This document shows positions 12,001 to 22,410 of a stretch of DNA of 64,000 nt, piece by piece. The position numbers were made by a program, and so were the translations under genes. This stretch comes from Heptranchias perlo (lineage: Eukaryota). Each line of letters opens with the position of its first letter. The stretch's first letter is position 1. The stretch is from positions 5,580,001-5,644,000 of the forward strand of contig NC_090360.1 of the NCBI RefSeq assembly GCF_035084215.1, read 5' to 3'. The notes beneath the pieces are model-generated. The model had not been told where the DNA came from, ran no database searches, and was given only the letters and a program-made list of their open reading frames with translations.

Positions 12001-14081
12001 ACTGCTAAAATTTACTCATCAGCTCAGTGCAGTTCACCTAGGATTAAGGAGGGGGAAGAGAGAGAGAGAGAGACACACACACACACAAAGAGATGAGAAA
12101 GACACAGAGAGAAGAGATAAAAGAATGGAGAGCGAGGAGAGAGATTCATTCCAGTCAGGGATGGCTTTGCCCCCAGGTCCCAAAAGTGAGGACGGAAAGT
12201 GTGCTAACAAAATACACCACCCTGTTCTCACAGTTTTAACCTTTTGATATAATAATGTACAATAATATCTTTATATTTTTCTAATAAAACATAATTTCTC
12301 CCTGGCAATTAAATATTCTTTCAATTAAAAAAAATCACCTTAACTTTTTTTTTGTAGTTACCTATTACAACTGTTATGGTTTATTCTGGTAGACAACTGC
12401 AGCAGAAATAAAAATTGTAGCCTAGTGATTCCTACTTGTGTTATTAACAGGGGAGTGCGTGTTAACTCTTGTAGCACAGTCCCCTGCCTGCCATTTTAAG
12501 AGGTGTTAATCAATTTAAAATAAAATATTGTTCACTCACCAATGGAAGGTTCACGACTAATGTAGAGAAGCTGGAGCTAAAACTAACAGGGTATTGGGTT
12601 GTATTAATAGAACCATTTAGTATAAATCAAAGGACATTATTTTAACACTTTATAGGTCGCTGGTCAGACTGCATCTAGATACTGTGCCCAGTTTTGATCC
12701 CCCACATTGTGGATGATCTAGTGGCCTTGAAAAAAAATCCAGAGGAGAGCTACAAGAATGATTCCTATCTTAAAGAACCTCAGCTACTCAGATAGGCTCA
12801 AAGATCTTGATCTATTTACTTTAGAGCAGCGTAGACTTAGAGGTGATCGGATAGAGGTCTATAAAATAATTAAAGGGCTGGATACTGTCCCTATTGATAG
12901 ATTATTCCAGTTTAATATATTGGGGAGGACCAGGAGACACCGGTTTAAACTATATATGAGTAAGAATAGACTGGATGTTAGGCAGTTCTTCTTCTCCCCC
13001 CAAGAGCGGTTAACCTTTGGAATACGTTACCAGCTGTGAAGGGTGCTGACTCTCTTGTTGAGTTCAAGAGGGAGTTAGACTGGTTCCTGACTGGGACAGA
13101 GATCGCATCAAATGCAAGGTAAGTGCCTTTAAAGATAAAACTTGGCCCATGTGATCTCCTGGACTGCTTTCGATTGCCTGTGGGGGTCAGAAGACAATTT
13201 TCCAGCGTATTCTCCCTAATTGGCCCTGGTTTTTTCTCTCCCGCAGGTGATTACATGGCTGGGGGGGGAGGGGGGGGGAGGGAGGAGGAGGTGGTGTTTA
13301 GTCAGGATGTTCCAGCCATCGTGTTGTGGGAAAATTTTTCCAACAACGTTCACCTGAGGAAGGAGGAAGCCTCTGAAAGCTTGTGAATTTAAAATAAAAT
13401 TGCTGGACTATAACTTGGTGTTGTAAAATTGTTTACAATTGTCAACCCCAGTCCATCACCGGCATCTCCACATCTGAATCATGTACACAAATCACAGCAG
13501 TCCCAGTCTCATTAGTATATTTATTTCCACTGCATCAATTTCTAAAATGTACAAGTCACACTTTCATACACAATTGTGTCCGACAAATAGAGAGAGCAAT
13601 TTATACACCCGTGCTCCTTGGAAGTTGCCAATATTAGTGCTAAATGCTGAACACATTTGTATGACATTCTCTTGTCTGCTGTTTTAGCACAGGTATTAAC
13701 TTCTTGGTTTTAAATGGGGCAACGCTTTGCTATAATAGTGGACACAGCAATATCATACAAACACGCATATCACCAACAGTAGTTTCACAGCTACAGAGTT
13801 TGTAACCAACAAAATAACTAAAACGTGGGACTGAATTATTTACAGGTATGATCTGTTATTTGTCCTACAGTATACTGACAATTTGTAATAAGCTGGCATC
13901 CTCACATTCAACAACACTATACCTTTGGAATTTCTTCCAGCCCTTTGATTAATTCCGCAGCATCCACACGACCATTCCGGTGCACATCTAACTTCTTGTA
14001 AAGGTTTTTCCAAATATTGTGCTTAACTATTAGTTCATCGGGAGTGCCTCGTTGAAGGAACTCTTTCATAAACGGGAACAT
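1..14081 (-). CDS. Divergent calcium-binding mitochondrial carrier (SCaMC / SLC25A23-24-25 family ATP-Mg/Pi antiporter-like), spliced gene, 3' end outside window
   Basis: Nine phase-compatible GT-AG exons: 14081-13923, 11955-11853, 11343-11256, 9940-9829, 8360-8205, 6321-6169, 3465-3358, 1462-1295, 94-1. N-terminal EF-hand-like region followed by carrier signatures [46 protein letters not shown]. Exact orthology unresolved. Confidence 0.93.
281..660 (-). mobile_element. L2 LINE 3' fragment
   Basis: FKILILVFKSLHGL, same family as 57740-59040. Confidence 0.85.
690..900 (-). mobile_element. CR1-group LINE RT fragment
   Basis: MQQDLDNIQ...PLTFNGITIAESPTINILGV. Confidence 0.7.
1295..1462 (-). 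CDS. SCaMC-like coding exon 8 (MLKTRMTLRKTG...[14 protein letters not shown])
   Basis: 168 nt, highly typical SCaMC motif; ctaacag acceptor, GAG/gttagt donor. Confidence 0.95.
1825..2480 (+). mobile_element. CR1 LINE 3' fragment
   Basis: LEGVQCRFTRMI...YEDRL..LGLHSLEYRRLRGDLIEV. Confidence 0.9.
3358..3465 (-). CDS. SCaMC-like coding exon 7 (LKNLLAGDSEQLGMKERFLAGSMAGAFSQTATFPVE)
   Basis: 108 nt, ttcacag acceptor, GAG/gtaaga donor; ERFLAGSMAG motif; found manually. Confidence 0.93.
4354..4390 (-). ncRNA. Minimal type I hammerhead ribozyme motif (identical inverted copy)
   Basis: Exact reverse complement of 4392-4428. Confidence 0.8.
4392..4428 (+). ncRNA. Minimal type I hammerhead ribozyme motif
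   Basis: TCAC-CTGACGA-A-GGAGG-AAG-CCTCC-GAAA-GCTT-GTGA: stem I, CUGANGA core, stem II, GAAA, palindromic minimal stem III. Confidence 0.8.
5366..5730 (-). mobile_element. CR1 LINE 3' fragment
   Basis: Similar to 21885-22410 and 61267-61657. Confidence 0.8.
6169..6321 (-). CDS. SCaMC-like coding exon 6 (VYSTRQNK...[31 protein letters not shown])
   Basis: 153 nt, carrier repeat 1 C-terminal motif, canonical splice sites. Confidence 0.93.
7790..8150 (+). mobile_element. CR1 LINE 3' fragment
   Basis: RRMRGDLIETYKIL...SRTRGHSL. Confidence 0.88.
8205..8360 (-). CDS. SCaMC-like coding exon 5 (IFSINDD...[26 protein letters not shown])
   Basis: First carrier signature PxDxxR; cag acceptor, CAG/gtagga donor. 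Confidence 0.93.
8496..9234. mobile_element. Non-autonomous DNA transposon (PIF/Harbinger-like)
   Basis: TIRs ggcccagaaattgc / gcaatttctggcc, 3-bp ATT on both flanks, no ORF. Confidence 0.65.
9829..9940 (-). CDS. SCaMC-like coding exon 4 (LDENDYMTTGWNEWHKIYITEVEDNMISMIDIWRFNS)
   Basis: 112 nt, WNEW motif of EF4, cag acceptor, gtaagt donor. Confidence 0.9.
11256..11343 (-). CDS. SCaMC-like coding exon 3 (KIGALKIIGLMKKLNIHLNIYQAKKILE)
   Basis: 88 nt, tttgtag acceptor, gtaagt donor, phase 1 to 2 fits neighbours. Confidence 0.85.
11853..11955 (-). CDS. SCaMC-like coding exon 2 (DGLKAGDFEEFRKYLAMHKMKIMLGFGSIEKNRN)
   Basis: DFEEF..YL..H..K pattern of SCaMC EF2/EF3; donor A/gtgagt; weak acceptor ttaaag. 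Confidence 0.8.
12056..12087. repeat. (GA)n(CA)n microsatellite
   Basis: Direct reading. Confidence 0.9.
12590..13330 (+). mobile_element. CR1 LINE 3' fragment
   Basis: LSYSDRLKDLDLFTLEQRRLRGD. Confidence 0.85.
13349..13473 (+). mobile_element. Penelope-like terminal repeat with hammerhead motif (13349-13387)
   Basis: TTCAC-CTGAGGA-AGGAGGAAGCCTCT-GAAA-GCTT-GTGAA, then same tail as 4430-4507. Confidence 0.8.
13923..14081 (-). CDS. SCaMC-like coding exon 1 (MFPFMKEFLQRGTPDELIVKHNIWKNLYKKLDVHRNGRVDAAELIKGLEEIPK)
   Basis: ATG at 14081, 11 nt after a tgtttcag acceptor (exon starts 14092); EF-hand loop DVHRNGRVDAAE; donor AAG/gtatag. Confidence 0.85.
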
Positions 14082-17000
14082 TGTGATGGCTCCTGAAACA
14101 CAACAGAGGAACTTCCAAACACTCCACCATGCTTCATTTCACTCTTGCTCTTTCAGTTAACCAATAAATGCTGTCACTGGTACTTTAATTTGATAATTAA
14201 ATATATTCCTGTTAAATGAACAGTATTAGTAGTTCAGGTATAAGTGATCACACAACTTTCAACTTGAATGGGTATCAAGTCCGTTTGCCTCTCAGACTCT
14301 CATGGCTAGTTTCATCCATTCACCAGACAACAGCCTGTTGCAGTAATAGCAAATAATTCCGTTTCAAGGAAGGGGCAAGGGAAGTAGATACCATCCACCT
14401 GCTTCTGACCAACTGTAACTACAGGGGCATCAGTTGGGGAGGTCACCTTTGGGCGTCAGCTTGGCACAGTTGGTAACACCCTTTTCTTTGGGTCAGAAGA
14501 ATGCAGATGAACACAGTCTGAACGGACATTCTGGTGCAATTCTGGTTGCATTGTCAGAGGTGTAGTCCTTCAGATGGGCTGTTAAACTGAGGCCTCGTCA
14601 GCCAGCAGAGGTGGACATTAAAAGCTGCACTGGAAAGATGGTCGGGTTGGTACTCTGGGAAGATCAAATGGGATAAAGGGACTTCTTCATCCAAACAACT
14701 TCGGCTTTAATTTTACTGCATTAACATTACATGGTTCTAAAAACGCATTTAATTTCACTAACTATAAATGCTGATTAATGATTGACTGTACTAAGCTACT
14801 GGCCGGTGGCCCAGAAGATCCATTCACATGCCAATGCACATTTATACTCCCCACACCCAGGAAATGTTTTGTGGAAAGTGTTTATGAACTCCCCCGATAC
14901 ACACTTGTGTATAAAAGATGCATTCTGTGTTGTTTACTTTGCTCTTGTTGGCAACCAATGATACCTACGAGTTCTGCCATCTAGTGATGCGGTTTCTTCA
15001 AGCCTTCCTCTGCAAAGTTCCTATTGACTGAATACTTCCGATTATCGGATAACTTTTTGGTAATGAAGTTATTCAGCGTGAGTTTAAAATGCAGGTTCAG
15101 CATTGGTGGGAGCGTTGCGAGATTGATTGGAGGAGGGCAGCCTCACATCACTCGAGTTTGAGCGCCCCTGGATTTTCAACCCAGTTTTAAAAAGCACGCA
15201 GGGATCCGGTGGCCTTCCTGGACACTTTGTAAGTTTACACGGAATTTATTTGCATCGCACCTGCACGCTCAAAGTTTGGGGAGCGGAGGTCTGGAGAATT
15301 GGAGCAAAGCAGGCGCCAGCAGGGTAAATAAGGTCGCGCCAGGCTTGAACTTTTATTGTAGCTGCCTGATTCATGCTGCCCACTGTACAGTACTAACAAG
15401 TTTAACAACAGAAAACTGATAGCCAATAAACTGAATTCCCCCATTCTCCCTTCCCCAAACACACACTAATGATTAGGGTTTGCTTAAATAAAAAACAAGA
15501 AATGATGGAAATACACAGGTGGTCCATCAGCACCGGCCAAAAAAAGTTTTACATGCGGACCCTTTCGTCAAAAATCGGAAGATAGTGGGACTGTTTTTGG
15601 ACTAATCAAAAAACGGGGGGGGGGGGGGGGGATGAAGAGAACGGTCAGGAATAGTGATTCCTTTCAAGGAGTCAGTTAATAGATATTCTGGAATGCAAAC
15701 TGGCTCTTTTAAAAGGTCTGGGAAGTGGTGAACGCAGGTGAATGATATACGATCAATACTAGTTTGCTTTGCAACTAGATTTATATCTATATATATATAT
15801 ATATATACACACACCAGCAAATCTCCCATGGTAGTCCTCAGAGTGTGACAAGAAATTGTGTTGAGGAAAAGTGCGACAGGAAGCAAGTCTGACACTTACA
15901 GGGAGAGTACATTATAGGCAAGCCTTTTACTATATTAATAGATAGATGCGGGTAAGTAATAAAGGCGCAATGATTAAATAGCCGAACAGTGGCACGCTGA
16001 GGTTCTGGAATGCTTTCAGTATATAATCCCACCGTTATCAAAAGTTATCAAATATTCCGTGCTGAATTACCGTACGAGAGAACCTGCGATCCTTCCTTGG
16101 TAAATAGGCAGTCAATGATGTGATATCGTCTTGATGCCATTACATTTATTCGCATCACACTGTAAATGCTAAAATCTCACCGACTGAAGGCGTCTTCCAT
16201 TTTATTAACTGAAAAGAGTTTTTCATTTATCTTAAAGATGTCACAATGCTGCAGTGACATCGCACTGGATTCAACCACAGGGGAGGGGGCGGAACCAGAT
16301 GAACAGCACTTTGCCAGTGATAATCTCGATAATGATTTCAGTGGCGTAGTGCATTACAGGTGTTTACTTCATTTTGATACCAGCGAATAATGGTCAGCTT
16401 GGTTCAGTGGGTAGTACCCTCGCCGCCGAGTCATAAGATTGTGGGTTCAAACCCCACTCCAGGGACTTGGGCAGATCTCAGTTGACACAGTGCAGTAGTT
16501 GGAAGTGTCATCTTGGCTGCATTGTTGGAAGTGTCACTCTTCAGACAAGACGTTAAGTTGAGGTTCTGTTTTATCTGTTCAGGTGCAGGTTAAAGATCCC
16601 ACAGCAGTGCTTAGAGGGCAGGGACTTCTCAGTGTCCTGGCCAACATTCCTCCCTCCAACTACCAACAGAAACAGATTAACTGGTAATCATCACGAGCAA
16701 CTGAAGCTACCTTGATTGTTCTGTACACCAAGGAACAAGGCGCTGTAACCTTTGAGGGACTTTACTGGAAATCTGACCATGTCATTGGGTCTTCCTCAAA
16801 AGAGTCAAGGGTCGTTAGGCAAGATTTTTCCTTTGAAAACCATGTTGGCTGATATTTACTAGATTATTCTCGTACAAGAATCTTTAAGTTTGATTCCATT
16901 ATTGATTCCATTACTTTACCAGATATTGATAAGATAGTTGGGTCTGCAGTTTTCACCCTAAAAGGCTGTTTAATTTCGAGAAACTAAGAAAAGCTGGAAG

Positions 17001-17214
17001 GAGTTTTCCATTAACTTGGATAAAGCTTGAAATTTAAAATGGGTAAATTAACACCTTGTGGACTTCTAAATTTTTGATAAGTGTGTACCATTTGTTTCTG
17101 CAAACGGTTTTAAGTGTAAATATCAGTTTTAGCTTACACCAGTCAACAACTTCCACTTAATGCAGCACTCCTCGTTTGCTGGAAGACTTCTGAAACTCTT
17201 AAATGATTGTGATT

Positions 17215-17660
17215 ACATACCGAGACGCTGAGCATGGCAATAGGGAGAGGCTGGGATCGGGAACTGAAAGCTCAGTGCAAGAGAGGGGTTTTGAAAGCAA
17301 TAACGGAGGTGGCAAAGCAGAGGCAATTTGAGCAGCGTATTCCAGAGGGCAGCAGCGTAGTGGCTGAATGAGTGAATGGCTGTCAATGGTGGAGCAAGGA
17401 GGGAAAGGTTGAGAACATGCAACGATAGAGGAGCTGAGGCTGGAAGAGGTCACTAGATAAGGTGGCCGGAGGCTGGGGAGAGGTTTGAAAGCAAAGACAA
17501 TAATTTTGAAATCAACGCACTGGGCGGCGGAAAGGTCGTGCTTGTTAGGAGAGGATGGAGATGAAGAGTGTGAGACACCGTGCAGGACGAAGACGTGGGC
17601 TGCAGCTTTTTGGGCGAGTTGAGGTGGGGAGGTCAAGTAGAAAGGTCGAGTCAGGTTCCG
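17215..17660 (-). mobile_element. Old L2 fragment
   Basis: DFKIIVFAFK; degenerate similarity to 57850-58200. Confidence 0.6.
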
Positions 17661-18389
17661 AGTATTGTATTTTCCATCTTTCAAGACAGGAAAGTGAGAA
17701 TATTATATGAATTATAGTCTAGTGTTACTGAAAAATTGGGTAATTGTTAATCCTGGGCAATGCAACCCAAGTACATTCTTCAAGAGCATCTAGTGTAATT
17801 AAAAGAGTAACAATGTTGAAAATGCCCAAATGCTAACAGGCACATTTTCCAGACAGAATAGCAGGGAGGTTTGCTCCCTATCTAACCTTGCTGTACCTGA
17901 ACTGGGAGTGATTGATGTTGACACTAAGTGGCTAAAGTGAAAAGTTTTCCATTGTCCAACACTAACATCTCTCACCTTCTGCCCTTCCCACATCCCTGTC
18001 ACTAACCTCACTCTCCCTACCTAAGATTAACTAGCGTAAACTCAGCAAACACGGCCCTAAATGGATCAAGAGAAATGGAAGTGAAACAAGAAAAACCTGT
18101 TTCACAAATCCTCTACAGAAAAGAGAGACTGTGGGAAGCTTATACAAAAATCCAGATGCATTCCAAAGGTTGATCAGAAGGTAAAGCGAGAACTGGAAAT
18201 GAATATAGTGCAGATGCTAAACACCCCAACAAAATTTTTTCCCAATACCATAATATGGAACTGGTGAGAACCTTGTCGGCTGCCAATGAGGATGGGCAGA
18301 GCAGAGGTAATGAACCATTTGGTTTCTCTCTCCTGGTCTGCGTCTCGTCAAATCACAATAAGCGATGCCTGGTAACCCCCTCTAACCTA

Positions 18390-19142
18390 CGTTATTCAAC
18401 ATCGACTCCAATGCGCCAGTGTAGCCTTCGGGCGCCTGAGGAACAGAGTGTTTGAAGACTGAGACCTCTACTCCAGCACCAAGCTCATTGTCTACAGAGC
18501 AGCCGTGGTCCCCGCCCTCCTGTACGCATCAGAAACATGGACAATGTACAGCAGACACCTCAAATCCCCGGAGGGATATCAGCAACGTTGCCTCTGCAAA
18601 ATCCTGCAAATCCACTGGCAGGATAGGCGTACCAACGTGAGCGTTCTCTCCCAGGCTAACATCCCCAGTTTCGAGGCACTGGTCACGCTCAACCAGCTGC
18701 GATGGGCGGGCCACATTGTCCTCATGCCCGACACAAGATTCCCTAAACAAGTGATCTACTCCGAGCTCCGCAATGGCAGGCGATCACTAGGAGGGCAGAG
18801 GAAACGCTACAAGGACGCTTTCAAAGCCTCCCTAAAAAAATGCAACATCCCCACCGACACGTGGGAATCGCTTACCCTAGAACGCCCAAACTGGAGAAGA
18901 AGCATCCGCAAAGGCGCCAATCACCTCGTTCGTCACCGAGTGGAACACGTGGAGGCCAAGCGTAAGCAGCGGAAAGAGCGCGCAGAATCCAGAGCGTCTC
19001 ACCCACCCGCCTTATTAAACACCACCTGCCCCACCTGCGGCAGAGTCTGCGGCTCCAGGATTCAGCCACCGCAGAACCCACCCTCCCGGAGTGGAAGCAA
19101 GTCATCCTCGACCCTGAGGGACTGCCAAAAGAACGAAGAAAG
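18390..19142 (+). mobile_element. RTE-clade LINE 3' fragment
   Basis: ORF 18505-19242: LLYASETW, QLRWAGHIV, RPNWR, CPTCGRVC; GAA-rich tail. Confidence 0.88.
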
Positions 19143-21884
19143 AAATACTATACCCTACTGTCTACATATGTATCCCGTATTAAGAAACTCACTCAGAATG
19201 CACTTACTGTTAGTTAAGGCTTTAAGCAAGGACTCCATCTAGTGGCCCCTGCCAAGAGTAGGCAAAGCCCAGTGTGGAGTCGCTAAATTTAGTCTCTAGG
19301 ATTTCAAGATGGGTTTTCAGCTCAGAATTCACTCTTCTGCAAAAGAGCCAGAGCTTTAAAAAAGTTATAGATCTTTTTTCCCAGGGCTGTTATTCCATTT
19401 AACAAAATACTAAACAAATGAACGTTTTCACTATAAACTGATTTAATTAGTACGAATGCCCTCGTTATACTAGGATTTTCATGCTGAAAGTATGGCAGTA
19501 ATTATGAATTTCAAGGGAAAATCCTCGAGTAAGACCATCTCAAATAGACTGTATTAGTCACAACCACAGCTGATGTAATATCTCAAACTTCTGCATAACT
19601 AAACAATGCGAAACCAGTCTACTTACCAGTGCAAAACTGCCATCGGACGATTAAGGAAAGGCTGAAGAAACTTGGGGCTGCTCAACCTTGAAAGGAAATG
19701 ACTTCATAGACACATACAAGGTAGCAAACTGTGTAGGAAAGGCAAATGTGTTCATTATCTCATACTGTACCTGATTAGTGGGACAAAGGGGCAATGGTTC
19801 AAACAAAAAAGGCAAATTCAGGATTGATGAAGTTCTACACAGTGAACCAGCGTATGGATAGGACTCCGATAGGGTAGTGGAGGCAAACACCCTGAAATTA
19901 TGCAAAAGCTCGCTGCTCGAATGGGGAGTCCGCAGTTTCTTTCTGGATGAGCCAAATGGTCTTCCTCGTCCTGATTTATCGCAAACACCCTCTGGCTGGT
20001 AGTCAGCCACTAAATAGATTGAAGTATGCACGTCCAGGGAGAAAATGGGCATAGGGCCAGGCTGCACACACAAGGTCCCTTAGCTTCCTCCAAAACGTGT
20101 GTGGAATTGTGCTTCCACCAGGAAACACAAACACGTACCTGGGCATTGACGGTGGAGAAAACCACAGCGCAACAAGCTCCCATCAGTAATAACCCTGCCA
20201 ATACAAATAAGGTAGCATTCGATGCGCCTCATTCTCACCAGCAGCCTTAACCAGAACACAAATTCCACTACATTGAATCATCAACTGCACAGCTTTAGAA
20301 ATAAAATGGATTCCACAGATATCAAGGATTTAAAATCTTGGAATCCACAGCAAAGGTTTCACTGCCTTAGTACCATAAGTATTGGTAATTCATCGATGTA
20401 CCAGCATAACTCCCCAACCTAGTGTCAAACGTGAGCACATTTTTGTGCTGTAGACTTATCTCCAATATAGACGGATTAAGCAAATACTTCTGCTGCTGCA
20501 ACTAGTAGTAAAAGCCCATATTTTTAAAAAGACAATGGGCAGTACTGTAAGTTGTATATAGCTTCATCAGTTAGGAGATACATGGGTGCCATTTGACAGC
20601 AAAAATGTACAGTTGGCAGTGTGGGCCAGTACTGTACATTTATAAACATCGGCACCCTGCACAGTATGAGCCAAATCCACATTCAAGTCATGCAATATCA
20701 CTCGCTGTTCCAATACCTTCTCTTCCTTGCCCCCCTCCCACCAAAGACAAATTGGGCCACCATAGGCTGTTGCTAGTTGAGTATATTTTAATTAACTTGC
20801 CCAGCTTGATTTGTAACTGTGTGCGTGCATATTAGGTGGCATGTTAACTGGGTGCAGCTGCACATAATAACAAGAAGAACAACCAATGTCTTAAGTTTGA
20901 TTACTGCGGTTGTTCAGACCAGTGAGATGTGGAGAAATTGTACTGGGGTGTCAAGCACAGTCAAACAAGCTAAGTAGATGTAATTACCTACCCAGCTAAT
21001 CCCATTATAGGGCATTTCCAACATCATGTAATTCTCTGATGACCACGCTATGTGTGAAAGTGATGAACACGACACTGTTGATATGATGCTATGTGTGAAA
21101 GTGAACATTTAAGATTGATAACATTCACAGGAATCTAAACCAAATATTAGATTGGCTAAGGAATAGCAGATACAATTGAAGGCGGATTTATACTTACAAG
21201 TTAGGCACAGTCAAACGTGACACATGCTCTGAAAATTTTAAGGACAGCGGCCACCGATTCAGGAAGGATGGCCAGACTCAAAATGATCTGATATTTTTCT
21301 AAAATGTTGCTGACAGATGAATGAGGGAGATGCAGTTGATTTTACTGTTTTAAGCCAATCCAGTGCTATGCTTTACCCTTACTCCACGATACCTCAGCTT
21401 GCCACTCTGTATGTACACGCACAAAGCACAAGCTGGGCAACTTAAATTTACATCTCAACACATGCATGCTAAGCATGGATGCTTTCCCAAAACCAAACAA
21501 GGCTTCACTCCTGCAGTATGTGGGGAATGTTTAGATAGAAAACCACACAAGCATCTCAGTTTGAAAGCATTGGACCCTGATTCTGGCACCAAAGTATCCA
21601 TTATGCTTATAATCCATTATTGATTACAAATTACATTCAACATTGAACTTAATTATTTTTTTAAAAACAGGGAAGTGAAGCTGCATCCTAACAAGATAAA
21701 AATAACTGCAGCTGAAGGTCGGTTCTTTATTGTTTGTACCCGGTAACATTTTTTTATGCCATCCACTCCATCCCTTAGCAAGGATGGCATTACAACATTG
21801 CAGACATGCACACTTGCCAGTTATTTGACATCAGTGGCAGCAGCTTGTACCATTTATGAACATTTTACACTTCTACTTTATTAC

Positions 21885-22410
21885 ACAGAATTTACAGCAC
21901 AAAAACAGGCCATTCGGCCCAACTGTTCTGTGCCGGTGTTTATGCTCCGCGCGAGCCTCCTCCCACTCTACTTCATCTCACCCCTGAATGTATCAATAAT
22001 GGATTGAAAGCATATCCTTCTATTCCTTTCTCCCTCATGTTCTTATCTAGCTTCCCCTTAAATGCACCTAAGCTATTCGCCTCAACTACCCCATGTGGTA
22101 GCAAGTTCCACATTCTAACCACTCAATGGATGAAGAAGTTTCTCCTGAATTCTTAATTGGATTTATTAGTGACTATCTTATATGTATGGCCCCTAGCTTT
22201 GGTCTCCCCCACAAGTGGAATCATCTCCACATCTACCCTATCAAACCCCTTCATAATTTTAAAGACCTCAATCAGGTCACCCCTCTGCCTTCCCTTTTCC
22301 AGAGAAGAGAGCCCCAGCCTGTTCAATCTTTTCTGATAGTTATAACTTCTCAGTTCTGGTATTATCCTTGTAAAAGTTTTTTGAACCTTCTCCAGTGCCT
22401 CTATATCTTA
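21885..22410 (-). mobile_element. CR1 LINE 3' fragment
   Basis: Reverse complement of CR1 RT C-terminus and 3'UTR. Confidence 0.85.

Noticed and set aside
15010-16090. Possible degenerate TIR pair of a DNA transposon
   Set aside because: Similarity too weak by eye; no TSD identified
18505-19242. 245-aa ORF as a host gene
   Set aside because: C-terminal part of an RTE LINE ORF
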